Source: Candidatus Omnitrophota bacterium
GTDB taxonomy: Bacteria; Omnitrophota; Omnitrophia; Omnitrophales; Aquincolibacteriaceae
Direction: 5' to 3'
NCBI GenBank assembly: GCA_043821445.1
Contig: JBDRCT010000036.1
Span: forward strand, 25,879 to 89,878
Length of the DNA: 64,000 bases
Shown here: positions 18,773 through 32,075 of the stretch, in pieces
Position numbering within the stretch: the stretch's first letter is position 1
Layout: the number at the start of each line of letters is the position of its first letter
Made by a program: the position numbers and the translations under genes
The notes under the pieces: generated by a model
Told to the model about the DNA's origin: nothing
What the model saw: the letters and a program-made list of their open reading frames with translations, nothing else
Databases searched by the model: none

Positions 18773-18867
18773 TGGCGGAGGGGGGGGGATTTGAACCCCC
18801 GGTGACGCTTTAGGCGCCACAGCGGTTTAGCAAACCGCCGCACTAAACCGGGCTATGCGACCCCTCC
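18773..18867 (-). tRNA. tRNA-Ser(GCT)
   Basis: Cloverleaf with long variable arm; GCGGT-TTGCTAA-ACCGC; GGTTCAAATCC; encoded CCA. Confidence 0.95.
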
Positions 18868-19097
18868 AAAATCTGTTTTCTTCCTTGCCCCGACTTCAAA
18901 AAGTTTTCGCGTTTACGGGCTTCCGTATAGTTTTCAAAGAACTCTTCGAAAAGAAGAGTCTAAGGTTTTCCGGATTTTGTCCATCGTGACCTGCCCGCAT
19001 TATGCTCCGCAACCCTTTTAGCCGAAGAGTTTTCGTGGCTTGAGCCCACGTAATGCTTGCCGGTCTTCTTGCTTTGCAATACATAAACACAGGACAT
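18843..19097 (-). pseudogene. GIY-YIG (UPF0213-like) endonuclease with one in-frame TAG
   Basis: Hand-translated MSCVYVLQS..HYVGSS..RVAEHNAG..TKSGKP*..EARKRENFLKSGQGR; internal TAG at 18960-18962. Confidence 0.8.
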
Positions 19098-19106
19098 TTT
19101 TTATCT

Positions 19107-19165
19107 CGCACTTCCGCCAGAGGCGGATCCGCCTCTGGCGGAAAACCGAGCTATGCGACCCCTCC
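19107..19165 (-). repeat. Duplicated tRNA-Ser 5' end (29 nt, one mismatch) interrupted by a 30-bp perfect palindrome
   Basis: GGAGGGGTCGCATAGCTCGGTTT[TCCGCCAGAGGCGGATCCGCCTCTGGCGGA]AGTGCG. Confidence 0.9.
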
Positions 19166-19381
19166 ATCAAATTAATCCGCCAAAGCGAGGCATAATATAA
19201 CAAATAATGGAACTCTCGAGATAAAAAAGTGTTTTTTGTTTCAGGAGAACTTTGCCGGCAGCAATAGTTTCGGGGGGCTTTGGCGCAGAACCCTGTCGGT
19301 TTTTTCTAGGCTTCATTCTCTTGATAGACTAAAATGCGTCCCTTACAGGATGCACTCTTCTAAGGGGGAGGCTGGGCCGCT

Positions 19382-20182
19382 TTGGATCTTATCAGTGAAC
19401 TTGAAAATAAAACGATCTATATCCTCCGGGAGGCTCACAGCCGCTTCAAAAACACCGCTCTCTTGTGGTCTATGGGGAAGGATTCGACAGCCATGCTTTG
19501 GATCGCGCGCAAAGCCTTCTTCGGACAAGTCCCTTTCCCCGTTATCCACATTGATACGGGTTACAAGTTCAAAGAGATCTATGCGTTCCGGGACCGTTAC
19601 GCAAAAGAGTGGGGTTTAAATCTTTTGATCAGTAAAAACGAGGCGGCGTTGCAAGCCGGCATGTCCCCGCAAAAAGAAAAACTCGCCTGTTGCCACGCGC
19701 TAAAAACAGAGGTTCTTAAAAACACCCTCCGCGAGCGCGGCCTTAAGGCCCTCTTCTTGGCCATCCGCCGCGACGAGCACGGGATCCGCGCCAAAGAGCG
19801 GTATTTTTCCCCGCGGACCTTTGACTTTCAATGGAATTACAAGGACCAGCCGGCGGAACTATGGAATCTTTATCAGTCTGAGGTCGGTGAGGGTGAACAT
19901 TTCCGCGTCCACCCCATGCTCCACTGGACCGAACTGGACATCTGGGAATACGTGCGGCGGGAAAAGATCCCGATTGTTGATCTGTATCTGGCAAAGAACG
20001 GGAAACGCTACAGAAGTATCGGTTGTGCTTCCTGCTGTTCCCCGGTGGATTCCCGCGCCGACACGATCTGCAAGATCGTCAAAGAGCTTGAAGCTACCAA
20101 GGTCGCGGAACGGAGCGGCCGCGCTCAGGATAAAGAGAATGCCTACGCCATGCAAAAGCTGCGCAGCCTGGGGTACATGTGA
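19382..20182 (+). CDS. cysD: Sulfate adenylyltransferase subunit 2
   Basis: SMGKDS, HIDTGYKF, RAKERYFS, WTELDIW, GRAQDKE..LRSLGYM. Confidence 0.9.
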   Translation: MDLISELENKTIYILREAHSRFKNTALLWSMGKDSTAMLWIARKAFFGQVPFPVIHIDTGYKFKEIYAFRDRYAKEWGLNLLISKNEAALQAGMSPQKEKLACCHALKTEVLKNTLRERGLKALFLAIRRDEHGIRAKERYFSPRTFDFQWNYKDQPAELWNLYQSEVGEGEHFRVHPMLHWTELDIWEYVRREKIPIVDLYLAKNGKRYRSIGCASCCSPVDSRADTICKIVKELEATKVAERSGRAQDKENAYAMQKLRSLGYM

Positions 20183-21408
20183 TGGGCCGCTCTCTTCTTA
20201 GGGTCGCTATGGTCGGGCATGTTGACCACGGGAAATCGACGTTGATCGGCCGACTGCTTTTGGATACCCGTTCCCTTCCCGACGGAAAGATGAAGGAGAT
20301 CAAAAGCATCAGCAGGGACCTCGGCAAGGAGGCGGAGTTGGCGTATCTGACGGACCAGTTCCGGGAAGAGCGCGAAAACAACATGACGATTGACACGACC
20401 CAGGTCTTCCTCAAAACCCGGAAAACCCAATACGTGATCATTGATTCTCCGGGGCATGTGGAGTTTATCAAAAACATGCTTACCGGTGCCACCCAGGCGG
20501 ATGCCGCGGTCCTGATTGTGGATGTCCTGGAGGGTCTTCGGGAACAAACCCGCCGTCATGCCTTTCTCATGGACATGCTCGGCATTAAAAAGCTGGTCGT
20601 CGTTTTTAACAAAATGGATCTGGTAAAGTATGAGAGGGTTGCCTTTGTCGAGAGAAAAGCCGTCTTGATGAAATTTTTTGAAGATTTGCATGTAAAACCC
20701 CTGAATATTATCCCGGTCTCCGCCAAAGAAGGCGTGAATATTTCAAAAAAGAGTCCGCAAACCCGTTGGTATCGGGGCCCTACGCTCCTTGAAGCCCTGG
20801 ATGCCCTGGCACCCGCGGTTAAACCTTCCCGCGCACACCTCCGTTTTCCTGTTCAAGACGTTTATGAGATCAACGGCCGGAAGATCTTGGCGGGTCAAAT
20901 CTTGTCGGGACAAGTCGCCGCCGGCCAGAAAGTCACGCTTCTGCCGTCGATGCAAAGCGCCGTGATAAAATCTATAGAGGTTTTTGGAAAATCCACCAAG
21001 AAGGCCGTTGCGGGGGAAAACATTGGTTTGATTCTCAAAGGCTCCGTCTCGGTTTTGCGGGGTGAGGTGATCGCGGAAAACAATAGCGTTCTTACCCCGA
21101 CGGTCCGTTTCGCCGGAAATGTTTTTTGGATCAGCGATCTTCCTCTAAGGATCAACGCGCCCGTCACGTTGCGTTGCGCTACTCAGGAGGTGCGCGGCCG
21201 CGTCACCGGGATCCGGAATAGAATGAATTCTTCGACGTTGGAGATCCTGGAAGAAAATGCTTGCCAGCTGAACGCGAACGAAACCGGCGGGGTAAGTTTT
21301 GTGACAGAAAAACCCGCGGTCGTTGAAGGGGTCGGCCCCTTGAACGGCCTGGGGAGATTCGTAATCGAACAGGACCTTCAGATGCAGGGCGCGGGCATTA
21401 TTTCCTGA
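20179..21408 (+). CDS. cysN: Sulfate adenylyltransferase subunit 1 (GTPase)
   Basis: GHVDHGKSTLIGRLL, DSPGH, NKMD; overlaps the cysD stop. Confidence 0.85.
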   Translation: MMGRSLLRVAMVGHVDHGKSTLIGRLLLDTRSLPDGKMKEIKSISRDLGKEAELAYLTDQFREERENNMTIDTTQVFLKTRKTQYVIIDSPGHVEFIKNMLTGATQADAAVLIVDVLEGLREQTRRHAFLMDMLGIKKLVVVFNKMDLVKYERVAFVERKAVLMKFFEDLHVKPLNIIPVSAKEGVNISKKSPQTRWYRGPTLLEALDALAPAVKPSRAHLRFPVQDVYEINGRKILAGQILSGQVAAGQKVTLLPSMQSAVIKSIEVFGKSTKKAVAGENIGLILKGSVSVLRGEVIAENNSVLTPTVRFAGNVFWISDLPLRINAPVTLRCATQEVRGRVTGIRNRMNSSTLEILEENACQLNANETGGVSFVTEKPAVVEGVGPLNGLGRFVIEQDLQMQGAGIIS

Positions 21409-21410
21409 TA

Positions 21411-23465
21411 TTAAAACAACGGCCTTCCGTCAAAATCACGCTCTTTAATCTCTTCATCGGTGTACCCTGAAGCTTTCAGGATCGTTGGCGTGATATCGCA
21501 AATGGAAGGCGCCGCTTGAATGATCTTTTTGTTCAAAAAGATCACCCCCGGAACAGCGGCGGGATCGAATAAGTGATCGCCGGACCATTTTTTAAGATTG
21601 TCCTCGATAAGCCCCGTCCCCATTCCTCCTACGGCTGTCTGCCACGAGGCGCGGTATCCGGGATTAAAGCCGACGTAAAGATCCGGAGCCTCTTTAGCAT
21701 AGGGCCCCCGGAAAATGTTTTCCTGTTTGTAGACATTCTTGACGACAGGCGCAGCATACTTTTCGTCATTCCAGGTTTTAAGCTCGCTGGCTATTTTATC
21801 TTTAAGAGTCTTTGTTTCTTCGCCGGGCTCCACGATCCCTTGGGATTCCCTGCCTTTCTGATTGACGTAAATGCCCCCGAAACCCAACGCGTAAGCCCTG
21901 GTCCTCGACCAATCGATCCCGTTCAGCGGGATCTGCTCCGTGGCCTCGCCGGATTCCTTTCGGACGAGGTACCCTTTTTCCGCTAACCAATTGTTCAGAT
22001 GAACTGTTCTCCGAAAGGTCCCGAAACCGTGGTCGGACAATACGATCAGAGTGTCCTGCGACCCCAACCTTCCTAAGACGTCCCCCAAAACATCATCCAT
22101 GCGCTTGTACCACGTTTCGATTTCTTCCTTGTATTCCTCCGCCGCGTCTTGGTCATACAAAGGATGCTGCGGATCCGTATAGCGCCAGAACATGTGCTGG
22201 ATAATGTCCACGGATTCGAAATAACAAAATAAGACGCCTCCCTTTAACCGGCCAAGCTCCAGATCGAGCGCCGCTTTTCTTTCCCGATGCACCTCCTCAG
22301 CCTGTTGAAGGAAGGCCTTTTCTGAAAGCCGTTTTTCGTTCAAGACCCAGGTATCCATAGGCATCCCTTGGGTGTAGTAAAGCCCGAGGCGGTCCGCGAG
22401 CTCCCGGCTATAATTCTCCGGGTAAGAGATCGGGAAAAGAGGGCTTCGGGGATCGAAATTGATCGGGCTAATGTAGAGTTTGAGTTCCGGTTCGGTCTCG
22501 ACAAGATAAAATTTGAATATCCCCCTGGTTTTCTTGAGGAAACCCAGACTGAATTCGACCTCGTTCCATCCGCTCCATTGACCCACTTCCAGCTCTGTTC
22601 TCTTGTGCTGGAACTCAACTGCGGCACGACTCTTATCCTGCAAGGTCAGCTTAAAGGGAACGCGGACATTCGTGGGGGTGCCTCCGGGTCCCATCGTCCT
22701 GGGGCCGATAAGGTGCATCGTCTGGATCTGTGCCGTTGAGGCCGGAAAAACTTTCCCTCCCATCTCCTGGTCCGTGTTCAGCGGCTCGGAAGTATAAAAG
22801 GTGAATGTCCCCTGTGTCCCCAAAATGTCGGGGACTCCCATGCCGGAAAGCATCCTCCCAAAAATTTTTTCCGCGGGGAAAGTGTCCGGGCAGGCCAGCA
22901 CAACGGTGGGAACCTTGCGTTGGGAAGTGTAATCCCAGAATCCCTTGGCCTTCAAGACGCGGACAGGTCGCCCGCGGTCCATCCCGGAAAAAACAAGTTC
23001 CACCCCATAAGTTCTGGGGTCCCTTTTAATGAAATCGAAGATCCCGTTCTTTCCGGGGTTTTTTCCGGTCGCGAAAGCCGCCCAGGCCACCGGGGACTGC
23101 GGCGGGTTCGTCGTTGCCAAACGGTCATAAGAACCCATGGCCTTGAGCCGGGCAAAGTTCGGTAGTTTTCCCTGCCGGATCATCGGCTCAATGATCTCCG
23201 GGCTCAGCGCATCCATGCCAAGAACAATAATTTTCTTATCGAACGGCGATGCTGTCTTTTTCATGAACACTCCTATAAGCGCTCCCGCCAAAATCAGCGC
23301 GATGACCGCTGCCATGAGCGGCTTCTTGTGCTTCTTTATAAACCGAAAGATCCCTCGAAGAAAAAAAATAAAAGCTCCAAAAAGCCCGGCCAGAAGCGTG
23401 ATCATCCACGCGCTCATATTTAAAAAGGCATAGCCGCTCCCCGGATCGACATACTGAAGAATCAC
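21411..23465 (-). CDS. AlkP-superfamily phosphodiesterase / nucleotide pyrophosphatase
   Basis: VLGMDAL, PPQSPVAW..TG.NPG, DIIQH, SDHGF, GDH. Confidence 0.85.
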   Translation of the reverse strand: MILQYVDPGSGYAFLNMSAWMITLLAGLFGAFIFFLRGIFRFIKKHKKPLMAAVIALILAGALIGVFMKKTASPFDKKIIVLGMDALSPEIIEPMIRQGKLPNFARLKAMGSYDRLATTNPPQSPVAWAAFATGKNPGKNGIFDFIKRDPRTYGVELVFSGMDRGRPVRVLKAKGFWDYTSQRKVPTVVLACPDTFPAEKIFGRMLSGMGVPDILGTQGTFTFYTSEPLNTDQEMGGKVFPASTAQIQTMHLIGPRTMGPGGTPTNVRVPFKLTLQDKSRAAVEFQHKRTELEVGQWSGWNEVEFSLGFLKKTRGIFKFYLVETEPELKLYISPINFDPRSPLFPISYPENYSRELADRLGLYYTQGMPMDTWVLNEKRLSEKAFLQQAEEVHRERKAALDLELGRLKGGVLFCYFESVDIIQHMFWRYTDPQHPLYDQDAAEEYKEEIETWYKRMDDVLGDVLGRLGSQDTLIVLSDHGFGTFRRTVHLNNWLAEKGYLVRKESGEATEQIPLNGIDWSRTRAYALGFGGIYVNQKGRESQGIVEPGEETKTLKDKIASELKTWNDEKYAAPVVKNVYKQENIFRGPYAKEAPDLYVGFNPGYRASWQTAVGGMGTGLIEDNLKKWSGDHLFDPAAVPGVIFLNKKIIQAAPSICDITPTILKASGYTDEEIKERDFDGRPLF

Positions 23466-23674
23466 TGGGCTTCACCCCTCCAGGTTCCCGCTCTCTCGCT
23501 TTTTTAAAGGCTGCCGTGGCCAAGGCGGGCCTGCTTAGCAACTTGTGACCGCCGCCCCCTGAAAGAGCTTCTAATAAAAGACGTCATCGAAAAAGTGCTC
23601 GCTATGATAACATATTTGAAAAGTTGCGTACATCGCGCTGCAGTTTTTTGCAAAGAACGGTATGGTTGAGATAG

Positions 23675-25051
23675 ATGCCGCTAAAATTATCTAGGAATCA
23701 AAGAACGCTCTTTTTCTCTGCGGTCACCGTCTTGGCGGTCGGTTCTGTTTGTTTTCTCACCTTTTTCAACAAGCCGCAGGAACTTGATGTTGTCTTAATT
23801 ACCATCGATGCCCTGCGCGCAGACCATCTCGGCTGCTACGGTTACAATAGAGATACCTCGCCGAATATTGACGCGCTGGCGCGGGAAGGAACGCTTTTTA
23901 CGCAAGCCATCGCGCAGGCTTCTTGGACGCCGCCGTCTGTGGGGATCATCACCACCTCGACCTATCCCCCAACGCACCGGTTGCTCGACTGGGGGGATAC
24001 CCTCAACCCGGACATTCCAACCCTTGCAGAAAGCTTAAAAGCCCGTGGTTATAAAACGGTTTTTGCGGGTGCTAATCCCGCTTTCCGCGACGGTCTTCAT
24101 GGCTCCAGCAGGGGCTTTGATGAATTTTACAATGAGGGCGTGCCCGCCTCGGTCCTGACCCAAAAAGCCTCGGAGCTTGTTGGGAAAGACCGCTCTAAGC
24201 CTTTTTTTTTATGGATTCATTATATGGATGTTCACGATTATGCCCCTTCCAAGGAGTTTGAAGGCTTATATGTTAATGATAAGTTCTATGACAAACAAAA
24301 AAAATTGCCCATCATAAAGTCCGTAGCCGGCCGTTATAGCTTCCGCGGAATCGCCGATTTTAGAGCGAAGAAACACGGCGGGATTGATAACCCTGATTAT
24401 TACGTAGCTCTCTACGATAGCGCCATCCGGTCTGTCGACCAACAGATAGGGTTCCTGCTCGGGAATCTGGCCCCGGCAACCGGTAACAGAAAAACCCTGG
24501 TTATCATTACCGCTGATCACGGTGAGATGCTTGGTGAGCACGGATGTTATTTTCACCACCGCACTTTTTTATATGAACCTCTCCTTAAAGTCCCTTTTAT
24601 TCTGCACTGCCCCAACAAGGTTCCGATTAAGAAAGTCGACGCGCAGATCCGCGCCGGTCTTGATGTCCTTCCGACCGTCTTAAGCGCTCTAAAGATCAAA
24701 AGGCCGGCCGTCATCCAAGGCGTCGCTCTGATACCGACGCTCACAAAAAGCGGTGCGGGTTCTTCTTATGTCTTAAGCGAGACTTACCACCGAACAAGCG
24801 TCAGGACCGACGACTGGAAACTGATCCGCTTCTCGGGAGAAGAGGGATTTTCGGGAAACTACGAGCTCTTTCATCTCAAAAGCGACCCGGGCGAAATGAA
24901 TAATCTTGCTTTTGTTGAAAAAACTCATTTGGCGTCCTTGAAGGAAAAGCTGGACGAGCACGACGAGAAGTTTCCTAATACTAGAACGCCGTCGCCTGCA
25001 CTGAGCGAAAGGGCTCGAGAGGGGCTAAAGACCTTGGGGTATCTTCAGTAA
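23675..25051 (+). CDS. Sulfatase-like AlkP-superfamily protein
   Basis: ITIDALRADHL, SWTPPS (no CxPxR), ADHGE, LKTLGYL. Confidence 0.85.
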   Translation: MPLKLSRNQRTLFFSAVTVLAVGSVCFLTFFNKPQELDVVLITIDALRADHLGCYGYNRDTSPNIDALAREGTLFTQAIAQASWTPPSVGIITTSTYPPTHRLLDWGDTLNPDIPTLAESLKARGYKTVFAGANPAFRDGLHGSSRGFDEFYNEGVPASVLTQKASELVGKDRSKPFFLWIHYMDVHDYAPSKEFEGLYVNDKFYDKQKKLPIIKSVAGRYSFRGIADFRAKKHGGIDNPDYYVALYDSAIRSVDQQIGFLLGNLAPATGNRKTLVIITADHGEMLGEHGCYFHHRTFLYEPLLKVPFILHCPNKVPIKKVDAQIRAGLDVLPTVLSALKIKRPAVIQGVALIPTLTKSGAGSSYVLSETYHRTSVRTDDWKLIRFSGEEGFSGNYELFHLKSDPGEMNNLAFVEKTHLASLKEKLDEHDEKFPNTRTPSPALSERAREGLKTLGYLQ

Positions 25052-25214
25052 TGTCCGTTGTAGATTTTGCCCGGGGAATTTCCTCCCGGGGGATTCCCGG
25101 TTCGGCAGTGATTTTGAGGCTGTTCGAGAGAATGGCGGCGACCATCGTAGACGGACTCTCTTGGTCCGTCACGATGTCGTCATCATGTTTCCGATAAATC
25201 TAGAATTGAGAACA

Positions 25215-25306
25215 TGGCGGAGAGACAGGGATTCGAACCCTGGAGACCCCTTTCGAGGCCTACGCACTTTCCAGGCGCGCCCGTTCAACCGCTCCGGCAT
25301 CTCTCC
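25215..25306 (-). tRNA. tRNA-Ser(GGA)
   Basis: CGCGC-CTGGAAA-GTGCG anticodon arm; long variable arm; GGTTCGAATCC; CCA. Confidence 0.95.
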
Positions 25307-25369
25307 TTAAAAACGCGGTAAAGTCTATGTTCTCCGGGAAGAATAATCAAGGGGCGAAAATAGTCCCGG

Positions 25370-26641
25370 TCAGTTCAGATAGGGCTGAAGGGCCTTCGGG
25401 AAAACGATTTGCCCGTCGGGATCCTGAAAATTTTCAAGAAGGCAGAGGACGATCCTGGCCAGCGCCAGCCCGGAACCGTTGAGGGTGTGAACGAACTCCA
25501 GTTTTTTGGTCGCGGCGTTGCGGTAACGGATATTCATCCGTCGCGCCTGAAAGTCCGTGAAAAGGCTGCAGCTCGAAACCTCGAACCATTTCTGTGTCGC
25601 CGGGGCCCAGACTTCCAAATCGAAGCATTTCGCCGCCGCAAAGCTCATGTCCCCGCTTCCGAGCAAAACAATGCGGTAGGGAAGTTCCAATGCCTGCAGG
25701 ACATCTTCTGCGTCTTTGACGAGAGATTCTAATTCCTGCAAGGACCCCTCCGGTTTTACGAATTTCACCATTTCGACCTTGTCGAACTGATGAACGCGCG
25801 AAAGCCCTCGGGTGTCTTTTCCGTAAGAGCCCGCCTCTTTCCGGAAACAGGGGGTGTAGCCCGTATATTTGATGGGCAGGTCTTTTTCCTCGAGCGTCTC
25901 GTCGCGCATGAGGTTAGTGATGGGAACTTCTGCTGTCGGAATAAGAAAATAAGAGCCCTTTTCCTCACCCTCTCCCGCCGCTAACGCGTACATATCCTCT
26001 TCCATTTTTGGGATCTGTCCGGTCCCGCACATGGACGTGCGATTCACAATGGCCGGGGCCCAGACTTCGGTATAGCCATGCTTTTTAACATGGAGGTCTA
26101 TCATGAAGCTGATCAGGGCCCTCTCAAGCTTAGCGCCCGCCCCAAAATAGACGGGAAAACCCGCCCCCGTGACCTTGCTCCCCTTTTCCATGGAGAATAG
26201 TCCAAGGTGAGCGGCCAACTCGAGGTGGTCTTTGGCCTTAAAGTTCATTTTTCGCGGCTCGCCCCATGTTCTGACCACCTTATTGCCCTCCGTTCCCTTA
26301 CAAACAGGCACGTCAAATATAGGCAGATTAGGGATTGAGAGCATTATTTTGTCAATTTTTTCTGTTAATTCTCCCACTTTATGGTCAAAATCTGATATTT
26401 TTTGGGATGCCGTCTTCATTTCGGCTATTATGGCTTCTGCGGGCTGTCCTTGTCGCTTGAACTTGGCTATTTCGTCGCTTGCGGCATTCCTTTTAGCTTT
26501 GAGCGCCTCGCCCTGCTTCAAAAGAACTCTTTTCTCCTGGTCGAAATCCAGAAGCGCTTGGATATCGACGGAAATGCCCTTGGCTTCAATCCCCTGGACG
26601 ACTTGGTCGGGGTTTTCGCGGATGAATTTTAGGTCGAGCAC
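25370..26641 (-). CDS. serS: Serine--tRNA ligase
   Basis: MLDLKFIR, PTAEVP, FRKEAG, RVHQFDKVE, HTLNGSGLA. Confidence 0.97.
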   Translation of the reverse strand: MLDLKFIRENPDQVVQGIEAKGISVDIQALLDFDQEKRVLLKQGEALKAKRNAASDEIAKFKRQGQPAEAIIAEMKTASQKISDFDHKVGELTEKIDKIMLSIPNLPIFDVPVCKGTEGNKVVRTWGEPRKMNFKAKDHLELAAHLGLFSMEKGSKVTGAGFPVYFGAGAKLERALISFMIDLHVKKHGYTEVWAPAIVNRTSMCGTGQIPKMEEDMYALAAGEGEEKGSYFLIPTAEVPITNLMRDETLEEKDLPIKYTGYTPCFRKEAGSYGKDTRGLSRVHQFDKVEMVKFVKPEGSLQELESLVKDAEDVLQALELPYRIVLLGSGDMSFAAAKCFDLEVWAPATQKWFEVSSCSLFTDFQARRMNIRYRNAATKKLEFVHTLNGSGLALARIVLCLLENFQDPDGQIVFPKALQPYLN

Positions 26642-26654
26642 GGGGCAAAAACTC

Positions 26655-29168
26655 CTATTTAGAACTTTTCTTCGCTGCCGATTTGCCGTTCAGAAGCTCG
26701 AGCTGGCTTGCATCGGCTTCTTCCTCTTTGGCGACCACGCGTGTGGCGGAAGCAATCCTGTCCTTGTCCTTGAGACGCATCACATGAACCCCCACGGCAT
26801 TGCGGCCGGAAGTGCGGATCTGGCTGACGGGGCACCGCACGACCATTCCGCTCGTGGTCACGATGATGATCTCGTCCTCTTCGGCGACGGTCAGGACGTT
26901 CACTACCTTACCGTTCTTTTCGGAGACTTTGATGTTGATAATGCCTTTGCCTCCGCGGGACTGTATGCGATATTGGGCAAAAAGTGTTTTTTTGCCAAAC
27001 CCGTTCTGTGTAACGGTGAGCGCCGTGGCTTTCGGATTCACGATCTCGGCCGCGATCACTTCATCGCCCTTCGACAGGTTGACTCCCCGCACCCCGGTCG
27101 CGTTGCGGCCCATTTCGCGGACATTATCTTCGCGGAAGCGAATGGCTTTACCGTCGCGCGTCGCGATAAAGATCTCGTCTTTGCCGGAGGTGATCTTGCA
27201 GGCTACCAGCTCGTCCTTGTCGCGCAAGGTGATGGCGTTGATCCCGGTGGAGCGCGGCCGCGAGTATTCGATCAAGTTGGTTTTTTTGATCACGCCCTTG
27301 GCGGTCACCATGAGCACATATCGCTTGTCGTCGAATTCTTTGACTTGTAAAAACCCGGAGACCTGTTCGTTCTGTATCAAGGAAAGAAAATTGACGATCG
27401 CTTTCCCCTTGGCCTGGCGTGAGGCTTGCGGGATGTCGTAGGCTTTGCGCCAATACACGCGCCCCTGGTTGGTGAAGAACATGATAAAGTCATGGGTCGA
27501 GGCAAGGAACAGGTGTTCGATAAAGTCCTCGTCGTCACGAACGCCTGAGCCTGACACCCCGCTCCCGCCGCGATTCTGCCTGCGGTATATGGAGACCGGA
27601 ATGCGCTTAATGTAGCCGGCGTGCGAGATCGTGATAAGCACGTCTTCCTGTGCAATCAGGTCCTCGATGTCGATATCGCCTTCCGCGGCAACGATCTGCG
27701 TTCGGCGTTCGTCCCCGTACCTCTTGAGGATCTCGAGCGTCTCTTCCTTGATGATATCGAGGACCTTGCGCCGGCTTTTGAGGACCGATTTGTAGTATTC
27801 GATCTTTTTGATGAGCTCGAGATATTCCTCGTCGATCTTTTCGCGCTCCAGCTGGGTCAGGCGCTGGAGTTGCATCTCAAGGATCGCCTTGGTCTGGATC
27901 TCCGTGAGTTTGAGCTCCTTCATAAGGCGTTCTTTGGCGAGCTCCGGGCTCTTGGAGGTGCGGATGATCCGGATGACCTTGTCGAGGTTTGCGATGGCCT
28001 TTTTCAGGCCCTCGAGAATATGCGCGCGTTTTTCCGCCTTGTCGAGTTCGAATCTCGTTCGCCGCATGATGACCTCGACTCGAAAATCGACGAAGCGCTC
28101 GATCATCTGCTTGAGCGTGAGGATGCGCGGCTGGCCGTCCACCAGGGCAAGCATGATAACGCCAAAGGTCGACTGCATCTGCGTGTGCTTGTACAGGTTG
28201 TTCAGAATAACCTGGGGGATGGAGTCTTTTTTGAGCTCGATCACGACGCGCATGCCGTCCCGGTCCGATTCGTCGCGAATGTCAGAGATCCCTTCCACTT
28301 TTTTGTCTTCCACGAGCCGCACGATCGACTCGATCAGGTTCGTCTTGTTGACCTGGTAAGGGATCTCCGTGATGATGATGGCATCTTTTTTGCTGCGCCC
28401 GGTCTCGATCGAGGCTTTGGCTCGCATAACCACTTGCCCGCGGCCGGTTTCATACGCTTTCTTGATCCCCTCGCGTCCGACGATCAGCCCGGCCGTGGGA
28501 AAGTCCGGCCCCGTAACGATCTTGGAAAGTTCCTTGGTGGTCACGTCGGGGTTGTCGATCGTTGCAATAAGTGCTTTCGCGACCTCGGTCAAGTTGTGCG
28601 GCGGGATATTGGTCGCCATGCCGACCGCGATGCCGCTTGAGCCGTTGATCAGGAGGTTCGGAAGCTTGGAAGGAAGGATCGACGGCTCGACGAGGGATTC
28701 GTCGAAATTCGGGACGAAATCGACCGTGTCTTTGTCGATGTCGGTTAAGAGTTCGTTGCTGGCGCTTGAAAGCCGGGCTTCGGTGTAGCGCATGGCCGCG
28801 GCATTATCTCCGTCGATCGAACCGAAGTTCCCCTGCCCTTCTACGAGCGGGTAGCGGAGCGAGAAGTCCTGCGCCATGCGGACCATCGACTCATAGACTG
28901 CGGTATCCCCGTGCGGGTGGTATTTGCCGAGCACTTCTCCGACGATGCGGGCGGATTTCTTGTAGGGCTTGCTGTGGGTGAGCCCGAGTTCATTCATGGC
29001 GAACAAAATGCGCCGGTGCACGGGTTTTAATCCGTCGCGAACGTCCGGGAGCGCGCGTCCCACAATGACCGACATTGCGTAATCGATGTAAGAGTCCTTC
29101 ATTTCCTCTTCGACGGGACGAAGAAGGACCTTTTCGTTCATCGCGTATAAGTTCTTTTCTTCTGCCAT
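26655..29168 (-). CDS. gyrA: DNA gyrase subunit A
   Basis: [22 protein letters not shown], GyrA box QNRGGSG. Confidence 0.97.
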   Translation of the reverse strand: MAEEKNLYAMNEKVLLRPVEEEMKDSYIDYAMSVIVGRALPDVRDGLKPVHRRILFAMNELGLTHSKPYKKSARIVGEVLGKYHPHGDTAVYESMVRMAQDFSLRYPLVEGQGNFGSIDGDNAAAMRYTEARLSSASNELLTDIDKDTVDFVPNFDESLVEPSILPSKLPNLLINGSSGIAVGMATNIPPHNLTEVAKALIATIDNPDVTTKELSKIVTGPDFPTAGLIVGREGIKKAYETGRGQVVMRAKASIETGRSKKDAIIITEIPYQVNKTNLIESIVRLVEDKKVEGISDIRDESDRDGMRVVIELKKDSIPQVILNNLYKHTQMQSTFGVIMLALVDGQPRILTLKQMIERFVDFRVEVIMRRTRFELDKAEKRAHILEGLKKAIANLDKVIRIIRTSKSPELAKERLMKELKLTEIQTKAILEMQLQRLTQLEREKIDEEYLELIKKIEYYKSVLKSRRKVLDIIKEETLEILKRYGDERRTQIVAAEGDIDIEDLIAQEDVLITISHAGYIKRIPVSIYRRQNRGGSGVSGSGVRDDEDFIEHLFLASTHDFIMFFTNQGRVYWRKAYDIPQASRQAKGKAIVNFLSLIQNEQVSGFLQVKEFDDKRYVLMVTAKGVIKKTNLIEYSRPRSTGINAITLRDKDELVACKITSGKDEIFIATRDGKAIRFREDNVREMGRNATGVRGVNLSKGDEVIAAEIVNPKATALTVTQNGFGKKTLFAQYRIQSRGGKGIINIKVSEKNGKVVNVLTVAEEDEIIIVTTSGMVVRCPVSQIRTSGRNAVGVHVMRLKDKDRIASATRVVAKEEEADASQLELLNGKSAAKKSSK

Positions 29169-29191
29169 GATCGCTTTCCTTTTTCTATAGA

Positions 29192-32042
<2,851 letters not shown>

Positions 32043-32075
32043 GAAGAACCGTTCTATTATCGTCTTTTTCCCGGG

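Noticed and set aside
18960-18962. Amber recoding of the GIY-YIG internal TAG
   Set aside because: TAG serves as a normal stop elsewhere (e.g. dnaN, bioB); a TGG-to-TAG mutation is simpler
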